Of a stretch of 64,000 nucleotides of DNA, positions 1-24,000 are shown piece after piece; positions within the stretch are counted from its first letter, which is position 1, and every line of letters begins with the position of its first letter. A model generated the notes under the pieces. It did not search any database. It was not told the DNA's origin and saw nothing but the letters and a program-made list of their open reading frames with translations. The DNA is taken from contig NIVC01000350.1 in assembly GCA_002269645.1 (NCBI GenBank), forward strand, positions 372,001 to 436,000, in the 5' to 3' direction. The stretch is from Macrostomum lignano. Lineage: Eukaryota. Made by a program: the position numbers and the translations under genes.

Positions 1-624
1 TGTGCCAGAGAGCACTTCGGTATTTCCGGACATCGAATTCCCTACCTATGTGAGTCGCTAACATCTTAACTATTCGACTTTCATTTTTATTGTTTGTAAA
101 ACATGAAGGGCTGTGAGTCTAACAGAAGTCAAATCGTGCGTGACAATGGGGGGTCCGCTGAAGGATCCAGGTGGGTTTAGCAATGGACCTTAGAGTAGAG
201 AGGGTTGTAGCCTATTGAATAGAGCGTCGGACTCACGACTCAACCCAATTGGAACAACTGGTGTCCTTGATGTGTGTGGCGACCCCCCCCCCCCCAGTCC
301 TTGGACTGAACAGCCGTACGCAGCCTTCAGATGCGCCGCGCAATAGCTGCGGCTGAGCTGTCGGTTGCACATCTGCCCATCAGGGCAGGTGTAATCAATG
401 TTATTACTATTATTACTAGAGTAGAACAATGGTTTCAAGAGTTCCCAATAAATAAAATCGCCAGGCCCGCTACTTCACCGTGTACGATGTGGAAGGAAGG
501 GGTCTCGTACGCAACTGTTGCCTCTGCTTTCTTGCCTGCTCAGCTCAGTGAGTCATCATCAAATTCGAATTGTGCTCAACAGCTATCTTCTTATTGTTAA
601 TTAAGGCTTATTGTATTTTTTCAG

Positions 625-11267
<10,643 letters not shown>

Positions 11268-11799
11268 TCACCTACTGGTTGATGATTAGCAAAACTCTTG
11301 GGTCAGCTGAGTCACCAATGACATCGGTTAACTTCCTGTGCCGCTTGACACCGTGGACTGTCTCGTACAATATCTGCCACACACAATCCCCATTCTCAGC
11401 ATTTGTCCAAGACTGTGCTGGGCCGGCTCTCGTGCTCATCTCCCGAGACCGCAGCTGCCGCGGCCGCTGCACCGGCCAAGTGTAACTCGTCTTCGTATAC
11501 TCTGAGCCTCTAGTCTGGGCGCGAAGTCCTCATTAACATATGTATTGTATATCGGTGCGCTTAATCAATGTATAGTCATTATATATGGAAATTACTTTTT
11601 TACTGTTGGAATTTTTTCATCTGTTTTTGTGCCAATATTGATTGATTTGACAAGATGCGGAACTCTGTAAATTTAGTAACTTTGTTTTGTCTTTCCTTAA
11701 GAGTTATTTATTACAGTCTTTATGACTGTATTGTTTTCAATTTTGTTATTTAGTTTAGAGTGAGAACTTCTAGATCAGAGGAATTCAAATCAGTGAAAA

Positions 11800-12480
11800 G
11801 CTGGGGAATTCAAACAGATGAGTGAAGAGCGAAGGAATTTAGTCACAGAGTAAGTAAGAAGTGGGGTAACTCAGTCACAGAGTAAGTGAATTCAGGTAGA
11901 GCGAGTGAAAAGCGGGGGAATTCAGATAGAGTGAGTGAAAAGCGGGGAATTCAGATAGAGTGAGTGAAAAGCGGGGGGAACTCAGATAGAGTGGGAGTGA
12001 AAAGTGGGGGAATTCAGATAGGGTGAGTGAAAAGCGGGGGAACTCAGATAGAGTGGGAGTGAAAAGCGGGGGAATTCAGATAGAGTGAGTGAAAAGCGGG
12101 GGAATTCAGATAGAGTGAGTGAAAAGCGGGGAATTCAGATAGAGTTGGGGTGAAAAGCGGGGGAATTCAGATAGAGTGAGTGAAAAGCGGGGAATTCAAA
12201 TAGAGTTGGGGTGAAAAGCGGGGGAATTCAGATAGAGTTGGGGTGAAAAGCGGGGGAATTCAGATAGAGTGAGTGAAAAGCGGGGGAATTCAGATAGAGT
12301 GAGTGAAAAGCGGGGGAATTCAGATAGAGTTGGGTTGAAAAGCGGGGGAATTCAGATAGAGTGAGTGAAAAGCGGGGAATTCAGATAGAGTTGGGGTGAA
12401 AAGCGGGGGAATTCAGATAGAGTGAGTGAAAAGCGGGGAATTCAGATAGAGTGAGTGAAAATTTGTCGGATTCAGGTAGA
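11800..12480. repeat. ~30-bp purine-rich minisatellite
   Basis: GAAAAGCGGGGGAATTCAGATAGAGTGAGT in tandem with variants. Confidence 0.92.
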
Positions 12481-13817
12481 GTGAGGGAAGAGTTTATTAA
12501 CATTCTAAAGTTAAAGTTCAGAGTGGATGAATGATGGGATAATAACAAAGATAAGCCCCAGTTTGTGTATATCTGTTCCAATAATGTAACACTTTAGTAG
12601 CGCTATCGCAATGGAACATACAGGTTACAATAATCAGTGAAATTATTTGGCAACAAAGAGACTTGAAAATCTCGCCACACTAAAATAATTCAAATTATTG
12701 TGTCAAATTTAAGCTTATTTTAACAAAATCTTGGTGCTACCTGTTTCCGGTGTATAAAAATGTTTGTTATAATCTTCATTAATTTATTAGCCATATTTTA
12801 TTGTAGTAAATTGTCCACTTTGATCAATAAAAACTTCAATTAACGCCATTGAAGTTTTCGCGACTTTGGCAATTCGTTGGCAAGTGGCCGAGAAACCGCG
12901 CTCTCTCTCTCTGAACTTTTGGTGTTCTCCTTCATCACGGCATTGCCTCAACCCGCGCAAGTCCACCCTATGACTTGTCAAGGTGCCTGCTTTGAGGGGG
13001 GGCATCACTAGCTGCCCGTGATCGCCAGGGGTTAGCAAAATGGGCGGCAACGCCTCCTCGCTGTTTCCGAACGCACGGAGCCCCTGCAGCTAAGTCAAGT
13101 AAGTAAGGGGGGGGGGCATCGCAAACCCGAAAGATCTAGCAACGTCCATTAAAAACCCAAAATATCATAATTTCGAAAACCAAAATACCGTTGAGCGTTT
13201 CTTTCGGAGTTAGGATATTTCGGGTTTGTGATATTTCGGAAATATGATACTTTAGGTTTGTGATGGCGACCCCTGCTTTGGAGTGTCTAGCTCCTTCAAT
13301 AATTGGCCTGAAATAATGCGAGTACTTCGCGGCAAAAAAAATTTTACCTGTCAGTAGCGTTCTGCTCAACCCCTAGATAAGATAGAGAAGCCGCAGACTG
13401 TCTCAACCATTTTTTTATGAGAAACCGCAGGCCTTTCGAGCGACGTATAAAAAATCTGATTTTGAAATAAGAATGAAAGCGATAGCGGTATTGTGTGCTC
13501 TTAGACGGGCCCTCCCGCCCTAACTGTCATGACTATGCAATAAAAAAATCAAAGGGCACAAACTGCCGGACTAAACTTTTCTCTGCCTTAGCTATGCTCA
13601 GTCTCGTGAACTTTAAATAGTTTCTACGATTGGTACTGCAGTACCAGCCTCCTCAACTACCCTTTCGGAATGGAAAAAGAAGTTTCTGCAATGGGCGGTT
13701 ACACACAGTTTCCACCAAATCTGGGTTATTTTATAAGCTGAGCAGGTGGCGAACTCGTGCGTGCTCACTTATTTTGCATCGTAGCCTTAGTAGGGTTCCA
13801 AGGCAGCCGCTTTCGCC

Positions 13818-15968
13818 ATGGCTGAAAATTGCCACCTGACAGAAGTTGTCGCCGCCCACGCTGCCAACCGCGGCAGCGACAAAAAACGGCAGCAGCCGCC
13901 AGCCAGAGAGTTCTGGCCCGGCCAGCTCGGCTTCCTGCTCACCGTCATGGGCTACAACATCGGCCTGGGCAACGTGCTCCGCTTCCCATATCTGGTGATG
14001 AAGAATGGAGGAGGTAAGCGACTGCGCGGCGGTTTGACCAATTTTCCCCTCTTACTAGCGAGACTCCAAGCCCAACAATTTGCGTGCCGAAATTGCAGGC
14101 GCCTTCCTCATTCCGTACTTTGTCTTCCTCGTCACCATCGGGATCCCGCTGTTCATGCTGGAGCTGCCGCTGGGCCAGTACTCCGGCAAGTCGGCGGTCA
14201 ATTTCTTCAAGAGCTTCTGCCCGCTGCTCACTGGTGAGTTGGTTTTCAATGAGTGCGAAAATAGGAGATGTGCTGTGTAGTTTGGCATAAAATCGTGTTC
14301 CAGCAGACTTTTTAGCAAAATTAGAAAACTACTGCGTGTGTCTTCTCGATACTTTTTTGCTGTTTCTAAGAAATACTCATTTAGCCAATTTTGCCCTTGG
14401 GGCACCTTAATTTCGGTTGAAAACAACGCTCAACTCAATCGTTACCAATAAAAAGGGCACAAAATACTTCATACTTCTGCAAACTTGCAAATTTGGCTAC
14501 TGTAAGTAGTGCGAAACTGGATTTCGAATTTCTCGAAAGCATCATGGTCGTTGCTTTCATTCAAGTCATTGGCATGGCGTACGCTTACAGTACAGTGCAT
14601 TTATTTACTCTCTAATGCTAAAGCAACTCGTGAATTCTATTGAAGTTATAACATCGAAGCAGCATACTAACATGCTCATAAGAACCATTAGACCACTTCT
14701 GTTGAAAAAGTTACCGTGATATTAATTGTTATTGTATTGAAAGTTATTGCAAGCAACTCACTTGTGACTTTAGCGACTCTAAGGTGAGTCTAGAGACTTT
14801 TTAATAACTCAAACGACTGTAATGCGATGAAGAGGCGATTGTTCAGGTGCGAGTGCATCACGTGAGTTGTAGAATCGTAAAAGAGTCGCGAAAAAGTCGT
14901 CCGAGATTCGTTGTTAGCGTTTAACTTTCTACTAACTCAGTGGGCTAAATAAAGTTGTTACACATGCGAAATGCGATTCTAATTCCATAAAGTGCCGCAG
15001 ATGCGCTTTAGACGCAACTCAGTGATTCTATAGCGACTCCAGCACGCCCGAGATACGACTCTACCAGAGTCACTTGCGTCGCCCTAGAGTGTTTTACCTG
15101 TGTTATCTGCAGAGACTCTGAAGCGACTCTGTGACGCTTCTTGGCCTATAGGTACCGTTTTCATTGGGACTTGGAACTTTATTTGAAGGCATGATTTTGC
15201 TTGAGATGCACCTTGAATGAAGAAATTTACTAAAAAATCGCGTGTTTAGAAGCATTTAAGTCGATCCACTTTTCAAGCCACTTCGGACCAAACGCCTACT
15301 TTACTTTAGCCCGTGATTCTTTCTCTCTGATGTTGGGATGATTTCAGGTAGTCGCAGAATTCGCGCAAACATCTGCCTCATGACTGGAATTCGCATGACA
15401 ATCTTTTGGGACATTGTCTGGCGCGGCGTCCTGCCAATCCTGCTGTTGGTGAGTGTTCTATAACAATGGCATTTAACGGCATTTGAATTTGCAATTAGGA
15501 GACTATTCAAATCATATTTCTTCCAGGCGCTCTTCGTATTCACCATCATGGGCTATCGGTCGCCTAATTATGGAAATTACGACTACCCAAAGCCGGCTGC
15601 CGCCTGCGGCTGGCTGTTTGCCTCTTGCAGTGTAGTGCCACTGCCGGTCTTCGTGCTCTACACCATCATCACTGAGCGAAGGAAGAGTCGGTCTGAGCCG
15701 CAGCCGAGCCTGGTGACTGTAAGTCGCTTCTCACGTACGGCTTTTTTAAATATTGTAGCATTCCTTGTTGGTAAAATGATCATCTTTACCGACTTAACAG
15801 ACACTGAAGCAGCTCCTGTCTCCAACTAAAGACTGGGAAAGCGTTCGAAATCAGAGTTTGCAGAGCGACCCGGAGCTTAGAGAGCGACTGCTGGACCTTG
15901 GCGAGAAACTGGGACCCGAAGGCGGCGAGATGAGCCCACTGAATCCTGCTGCCGCTAATGGACATTGA
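13818..15968 (+). pseudogene. SLC6 transporter paralog A, internally deleted (exons 3-7 and 5' half of exon 8 absent); pseudogene or mini-protein
   Basis: Exons 13818-14013, 14099-14233, a remnant at ~14540-14590 (IMVVAFIQVIGMAYAY), 15348-15448, 15527-15718 and 15801-15968 are each homologous to exons of the complete copy at 18089-24251; no in-frame stops. Confidence 0.8.
14750..15175 (-). mobile_element. Dispersed repeat, copy 2 (inverted relative to 5990-6490)
   Basis: Reverse-complement similarity to 5990-6490 over ~400 bp. Confidence 0.7.
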
Positions 15969-17199
15969 AGTAACTGACTCTCCAGCTCTGTCTGAAATGA
16001 ATCTCCCGTGCTTCTGGGTTACCTGCCCTACAGCGGTATTGTCTTTGTTGTTTGGTACGATTGTATTTTGTGTCTACAGTTAAGTTTGATCTGACCTTGT
16101 TGCACGATCTTGAGTTACAATTCCCCATTTCAAAAGTTATATTTAGAAACAGATATATACAAAGAGCCAAATGTTTAAGCAAAATTTTGAACGCGCTGTA
16201 TCGAATTTTCAATATCTATCTGATATACGCATAATTATTTGGTAAAGTAATTTTTTAATGAATAAATACTGCAGATCTTTACCTGAGCAAAAAAGCAATC
16301 AAGCTCAAGTTGCACTTGCATACCCCTGTGGTGCCCCCTCATTGGCTGACAGAAGCCATAGAATATTTATACCAAGGTCCTCTAGAAGTACCGTTGTATC
16401 GTGTCGCAGCGCACTCAAATATTGCAGTTCCAGCATTTTTGGCATTGCAGTTAAACTTGAATTACTTATAACTCTGATTCAGTAGCACTTTAAATGATAA
16501 TTTGTTTTCTTTAAGATGACGCAAAGTTTGGCCTTATGCAGTATGTACATGTGGGAACGGCAGGTGTACAGCAGATCTAGAGTATTTCTTTCAGTCAAAA
16601 TGTGTAAAGTTGCTCGCTAGATACAACGGTGTAACTTCTACCGTCCTTATATTGGCGGGAACAACATGCCTGTATGCAGCACTCTGTCTTCTTGTAAGAG
16701 AGGAGACTTTGGTGGATTCTCATTTACAAAATATTTCTATGCACATCCAACTGACACTCGTGGCCCTGTAATAAGCGTTATTCAACTCAGTAAAACTGCG
16801 TTTCTTTTTACTATGCTACTAGTCGTTCTAAAAGTTCATGTTGCGCAGTACTCCAGCATTAGGTCGGTGTTTCCTTGCGGTCCTAAAAGCTTGCCAGTGC
16901 TAGTGGCAGGGCAGCATAGAAGTGCAGGGACTGCGATTTGTCAGGTTGCAAGGATAGGCAGCTGGTTAATTTTTTTAATCGGATTGACAGGTGCAATTTG
17001 GTTTTGTTAATGTCATGGTGGGGGGTTCGATATTAGGTTAACTCCTGCTCTGTTCGACGAGAGGAAGGCAGTGGCTATACAGCTGAGTTTGCGTTGAGAC
17101 CGCTTCTGTTTTATTCCGCTTGGCACTTGGTCGGTAGCAAAAGCAAATCGAGGTTTTGGTGGGATTTTCCATTGAATTTTGCCATTTTTACTAAGCACT

Positions 17200-17560
17200 A
17201 TTACGCCACAGTCGCACTAATGGTCTCGTTCTAACAGCAAATAGCACAGCTTCTCCTTTAAGCTTCCTTTTATCTAGAGCAGAGGCACAGAAGCGGTGCT
17301 TCATTCCCGCATACTGTAAATTATGGAATGCTCTGCCTGCAGCATTAGCTAATCCTGGCATCAAGCCATCCATTTTCAAGAGCCAGGTGTCTCAAAGACC
17401 ACCTTGATCAGTTTGTTAGACTTATATTTTCCTTGTCTTGTTCTCCTTCACTTCCTTTCCCCTTTACCTCTTCGTAGCCATGGGGGCACCATTGGTGTTA
17501 TTTTTCCTTGACCACTGCTATAGTGCGTTTTATATAATAATAATAATAATAATAATACCT
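17200..17560 (+). mobile_element. 3' end of a CR1/L2-like LINE
   Basis: Frame reads KRCFIPAYCKLWNALPAALANPGIKPSIFKSQV, resembling the C-terminal ...LWNxLP...FK motif of CR1/L2 ORF2, followed by a short 3' region and an (ATA)n tail at ~17535-17558. Confidence 0.65.
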
Positions 17561-18088
17561 AAACTGCAATCTAAGTATGTAAGTACAGAGGGTCTTATAT
17601 GCCAACTTGCTTTTGTGAAAAGGGCTAGCTACAAAGCATTTTGCTACACCACACTGCAAGCATCATATAACAAGCATATTGTAAAACCACTGCAGTTTGC
17701 TCAGCACCAGAGAGAGCGCGGGAATTAATTGATTGTTTAAATGCACTGCATGGTTTCTAACGAGAATTGTATTGTAGCTGCCTGAAGGAAGAGCACCTTG
17801 ATTCTAATGTATACTTGTTCCTATTGTCGCTCAAGTAGAGGCAGCAAAGTAGAATATGCAGCAGATTTTTCTAGTTAATGCTCACGTTTTTTCTTGCACT
17901 CATACAGTGTGCGTGGCTCATTCATACACCGCTTTTGCTAGCTGGTCACCCATTGGCTAACCCCCCCCCCCAAATGAAGCAATACGATTTTCCATTCACG
18001 TGCCACCGATTACAATGATAAATTTAAGGCAAACTCGTGAGAATTTGTAGTGCCAGTTCATGTCGAGTCGAAGACAGCCGCTTTCGCC

Positions 18089-21000
18089 ATGGCTGAAAAT
18101 TGCCACCTGACAGAAGTTGTTACCGCCGACGCTGCCGACCGCGGCAGCGACAAAAAACGGCAGCAGCCGCCAGCCAGGGAGTTCTGGCCCGGCCAGCTCG
18201 GCTTCCTGCTCACCGTCATGGGCTACAACATCGGCCTGGGCAACGTGCTCCGCTTCCCATATCTGGTGATGAAGAATGGAGGAGGTAAGCGACTGCGCGG
18301 CGGTTTGACCAATTTCCCCCCTTACTAGCGAGACTCCAAGCCCAACAATTTGCGTGCCGAAATTGCAGGCGCCTTCCTCATTCCGTACTTTGTCTTCCTC
18401 GTCACCATCGGGATCCCGCTGTTCATGCTGGAGCTGCCGCTGGGCCAGTACTCCGGCAAGTCGGCGGTCAATTTCTTCAAGAGCTTCTGCCCGCTGCTCA
18501 CTGGTGAGTAAAATGAGAAGGATTACGGAATCGGAAATGATCTATAAGTACTGTTGAAAAAATCTGAACCGTTTTGATAGATTTTGAGTCTTTCAGGGAC
18601 TTTTCGTGATCGACTGGGTCAAAAAGCCTCCCTCCTCATCTCTTTAGTATACAATCTCCATCGTTTATTTCAGCTGAGTTACCTAGATGTCGCCTTCTTA
18701 AAATTCATGGGTGATCGGCTCTAATCAACGAAGTCTAATGAAGCCTGTGAACATTTTTTCACTTGCAGGCATCGGATGGTGCAACGTGGTGATGTGCTTC
18801 TTCTTCAACATCTATTACCTGGTGCTGATGTCGTGGATCTGCTTCTACCTGGTGCACAGCTTCTTCAATCCGCTTCCCTGGTCTGGCTGCGATCCGGCCT
18901 GGGGGAACGGCAGCAGCTGCTTCTGGACGAATCTGACCGCGGCCAACTCCAGCGAAGACTACGCGACTGACATGGACATTGACCTGCTGGTAGGGTTCTT
19001 CCAATGCTGGAGCATGTATTAACTGAGGGATGTCGCTTACTTTATCTCACAGCGCACAAGTCAGCTAGATTATAACCCAAGATTATAACCCAACACTGAA
19101 GCTACAGAAACGGAAACCATACAGACTGTTCTGCTTCTGCAAGTCATAACAAGGTGTTTAGAAGACACAAGACAACAAGAGACCAGACAATTTGTCTTTT
19201 TAGCGAGTTTAATTTTCATTCCGCGGATACAAACGTAAGCAACTTTGGTAAAAGTTCTATCATAATTTTATTCAGAGATCTGAAAACTGCTCTGCTTTCG
19301 CGGCTGATCGACGGTCACCCACCGAGCTGTTCTTCGAGTGAGTTAAAATTTGTCTATTTTGGCTCAATAAGGTGCCATTCACAACATATCGGTTCATTTA
19401 TAATAATAGGCGTAGCTCGTACGAGCTATTTGCAGTAAAATATACTGGTTATTACTTGACAAAACCACAGACGGAATCTGCTTGGCCTCACATCCGGCAT
19501 CCATGACCTTGGTGAGATCCGTTGGGAGCTGGTGGTCTGCCTGGTTGTCTCCTGGATCTGTGTCTACCTGTGCCTCATCAAAGGCGTTCAATCTTTGGGA
19601 AAGGTAGGAAAGGAATGATACTATTCGAAAGTTTGTATCTAACCTAGCTTGGTCGCTTTCAAATCATGCATTTATCTTCATATGGAGTTCCTTCTAAGCC
19701 ACAAGAATTCACTTACAAGCAAGCTGACAAAAATTTGCAGACTTATAAATATTGGCACACAAAATGTTCCATCTGATCGAGCATGCAGGTTGTGTACGTC
19801 ACCGCCCTGGGTCCGTACCTGTTTCTGCTCGTCCTTCTGGTTCGGGGCCTCACTCTACCTGGCGGCTGGCACGGCATTCTGTATTACCTCACGCCAGACT
19901 GGGAGCGCCTGGCCACCCCGGCGCCCTGGGTGGAGGCCGCTCAGCAGATCTTCTGGAGCCTCGGCCCGACCTGGGGCTGCACAATCTGCATGGCGTCTCA
20001 TAATCGGTTTCGCAACAACATCTACAGAGACAGCCTGCTGCTGCCTCTCATGTGTGCTCTGACTTCATTTTTTGCCGGCTTTGTCACCTTTTCGTTTGTT
20101 GGCGACTTGGCTGTGCGGACTGGCAGGCCGGTTCCGTGCGTTCTGAAAGCCGGGCTCAGCCTGGCATTCGTGGTGTACCTCACTGCGTTTGACAGTCTGC
20201 CACTGCCGCAGCTGTGGGCTGTTGTGTTCTTCGTGCTGCTGATCCTGTTGGCATTGGACAGCTCGGTGAGTACATTTGAAGCAAATCGAATACTGTACAA
20301 TGCAAAGACTGCTTGAGCAACTAGACAAGAATTAGCTGGGACTTTTAGCCACGACAAAATCAATACTGTCAGATGTTTGCGTGGGCGGTATGGTGCTCTC
20401 TCTTGTTCTCCAGTTACAATTCATCTTTTTCTCATGCATCAAATTCTCCCACGCCTCAGATCAATCAATTTGAGGTAAGCATGCTTGTGGGTCAGGTTGC
20501 TTTTCTTATTAAACATTTCTTCCCGTTTTCTCTATCATTCAAAGCAAGCATCCGCAAATGCAAGGAAACTGTGGATACAATGTCATTTGAACTTATGCAC
20601 GAGGTCTGTCGAAAGTTGAACCAGTACTCGAGTGTGTTTGTGTGTGCGAACGTTTGATGCTAAGAATTCTATTCGCACGGCCCGGTTACGACGGTCTTTT
20701 GGTACTTCTGCGTGTCTTGCCTGTTCGGCTATATAGAAAAAAGAGCGCAGTGTGTTACTGGTAATCAACCTTTGAGTAGTAAACTTTGTACGACGGTGCG
20801 TGCAATTTATTATACATGTATCACTGCTTTTGCGTATTATTTGACCAATACAGTAAGTTTGAAAGTCCACACAGCTCGTCGGAGCTCGTAGTGCTGTGGT
20901 TCGGGTTGGGGTCCCACTGTATAAGCAAATGGTTGGTAACTGGAGATTCAGATCTGGCAATTTACTGATTCTGATTCTGATCGGAACCCCGCACATAAAC

Positions 21001-24000
21001 TACAAAGTATGAGCTGCTCTATAGGTAGATTCATGCTTACTAATAAATTTGACTAATAGAAAGTTGTCTTATGTCTAAGTGGCCACTTGGATAAAACTGG
21101 TCGCAATCATTTTATCAGGGTGTCATGTCCAAAAAACCCTGCAAGATGTGCATTTCTGAGATAAACCTGACCAATATTGTGACTCAGAAACTCAGAAACA
21201 GGACACTGGCCATTGATTCTCAGTTTTTAAGCATGCGCTCGTACACTTTGAAGCTCACAAAGTAAAACAGATATCGCTTATCCATGTGCTACGCTTGTAT
21301 ATGTGTATATAATAATTATAAGTATAGTTGCCAATAACCTTGCAGTTTGGCACATTCGAGGCCATGTACATGAGCATTGCCGACGTCTACCCCGGACTCC
21401 TACTGAAGAGGGCCTGGGCCTCAAAACTGTTCGTTTGCATCGTCAGTCTATTCATAGGGCTGCCAATGATGACCCAGGTGAGAATACGCTCGTAATGCAC
21501 TTAGCAACATTGATTGAAAAGTCGCCACTCTATGCGCCCAGTGAGCAATTTCTCTTGGACTTCTGAAATAAAAGATGCGAGAAAACTGATCCGTGTAGCT
21601 TTAATCCGTTCAACCCTCGCACACCGCTCCCCCACTTCATTCCTCAACTCAAGTCTGCCGCGTGGCGTAGCTGAGTTTTAACGCTAGCTTTTTATGAGCT
21701 TCTTAGAAACAGTAAAAGCTAGCGACTCAATAATTAATACTCGTATTCCGATTGCTTCAGGGTGGATATTACCTGTACACTCTCGTTGATTGGTACCAGG
21801 GCGCGTTTGTCATGGTCATCGCTTTCATCCAAGTCTTGGGCATGGCGTACGCCTATGGTAAGCTAGGTTTCTTCTTGGGGGTGGCAGGATAAGTTAGGGC
21901 CGCTGTACACCCTGCAGCCAATCTAAAATGCAGGTAGTCGCAGGATTCGTGCAAACATCTTCCTCATGACTGGCGTTCGCATGACAATCTTCTGGGACAT
22001 AGTCTGGCGCATCTTTCTACCAATCCTGCTGATGGTGAGCCTTTGGCATTGTGCTCATAGTGTCTGACATTCGATTTGATAGTTAATTGATTTTTGAAAT
22101 ATGGTTTGAGTTTTTCTATTGCTTCAAACAATCTTCCAACATGTCCAGGCGCTTTTTGCATTCACTATCATGGACTATCGCTCGCCCAATTACGGCGAGT
22201 ACGAGTATCCGAAACTGGCCGTCGCCTGTGGCTGGCTGTTTGCCGCCTGCGGCCTGGTGCCACTGCCCGTTCTCATGGTGCACACAGTCGTCACTGTGCG
22301 AGCAAAGTGTCAGACCCAGCCGCGACCAACCTTGCTAGCTGTGAGCGGATGAGCTTTTCTTTTACCAGGGGTGTAGCAGCAAGGACTTTTAAGCCACAAG
22401 CTTGAAAGATCCCTGAAACAGCTTGATGGAACTTATTGCGCCTCCCAAAAACCTAGTTTTGCGCCCTTTAAACTTGATTTTTTGCCCCCTACACGCATTT
22501 TTGCGCCCCTAGCTTAAAAATTGGCGCCCCTTATACTCGTGTTGGCGCCCCTAACTTGGACCAGCCCCCACCCAAAATGAAATTCTAGATCCGCCACTGC
22601 GCCACTGGGCATGTATACATGTACTTTGTAAAACAGCTTTCTACTTTCAGTTTAGTAGCAAAGAAGACTACGTAGGCTATTTTATAAAAATAAAGGCAGC
22701 CGAAATGACTTTGATAAGTATACCGGTAGAAGCCCACCCGTTGGAAAAGTTATGCACCTGCAGAGGCATAAAAGGTGAGCGAGGTGCACAAAAGAGGCAC
22801 TTTGGTGGCCTATTTCGTGTGTATTTTGGAAATGCACCTGAGTGCACCTTTTATGCCTAAATGTCACCAATATTTTTGTAAAGAGGCATGAAAGGTGTAA
22901 AATCGGTGAAGTGGTCAGGCAGTAGGTGAATTCTCAATTTTGATTGGTTGCGGCGGTAGGGGCAGTAAAGGTGTATAAGGGGCACTGGAGGTGCGCAAAA
23001 GGTGAAGAGTAGGCTCACAAGTGAGGCACAGCAGGTGCAGGAAAGGTGCTGAAGGGACGCGGATAGTGCACGAAAGGTGAATTAGAGGTGCATAAGGTGT
23101 ACATGTGCGGCGTAAATATGTATACAGATGCATTTCCAAAACACGCTCGAAATTAAAGACCCCTAAAGTGCCCCTTCTGTGCACCTCACTCACCTTTCAT
23201 GCCTATGCAAAAATTAACGCATTAATAATTCGTAACAAAATTAACTGAGAGTTACATACTCGTACATTGCACGCACAGATTGAACATAGAAAAGCTTTAT
23301 TTACACCTATACTAAAATCGCTGCTATCCCCTTCCTGATTCTGGCAAACCACGAAGGCAAACATTTTCTGTACTAATAAGTTTTAATGACTTTCAAATAC
23401 TCAGGAAAAGTTCCAAAATGTGATGAAAAGGTTTGCATTAGTGAGGAAAAGTTTTGAATAGTGAGAAAAGGAAGCAAAGAACTTCGCCAGTTGAAACTTT
23501 AGCGCCCCTTGCATTGCCTCAACGCCTAAAGTGCCCACTGTGCACCTTTTATTCACCGAACTCCCCTACGACACCTGTGCCCCTACCGCCTATTTCGTGC
23601 CTTAAATTCCCCTTCTGACCCTGCAGAGGCACTCAGGTGAACAAAAGGTGCACAAGTGGCACAAAAAGGCATAGGAGAGGCGAAAGTGAGGCAGAAGGTG
23701 CAAAACTCTTTCACCTTTCATGTCTACTTAAAAAACTCAAAATCCAACGGGCCAAGCTTGCAGGCGTAAACAACTCGCTAATTGGTTCAGCAATACATTG
23801 GCCAGTCCACTGAAATGCACATGGCAGATTAGGCTGGAATTCCGAGAAAGGCGCCAATCAAAATTGGGGCGGGGTGGGGTTAGTGTGAAAAGGTGCATTT
23901 GAAGGATTTAAGCTGGGGGGGGGGGGGGGTAAAAGCCAAACAATGAGCCTTGGCTTTAAAAAAGTACATTAAAATGCTTATATGCAAATGTGCTGAGTGG

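Noticed and set aside
1-49. Possible SMCR8 exon ending at the GTGAGT at position 50
   Set aside because: The phase-compatible frame gives no recognisable SMCR8 sequence and the acceptor is outside the window, so it cannot be supported.
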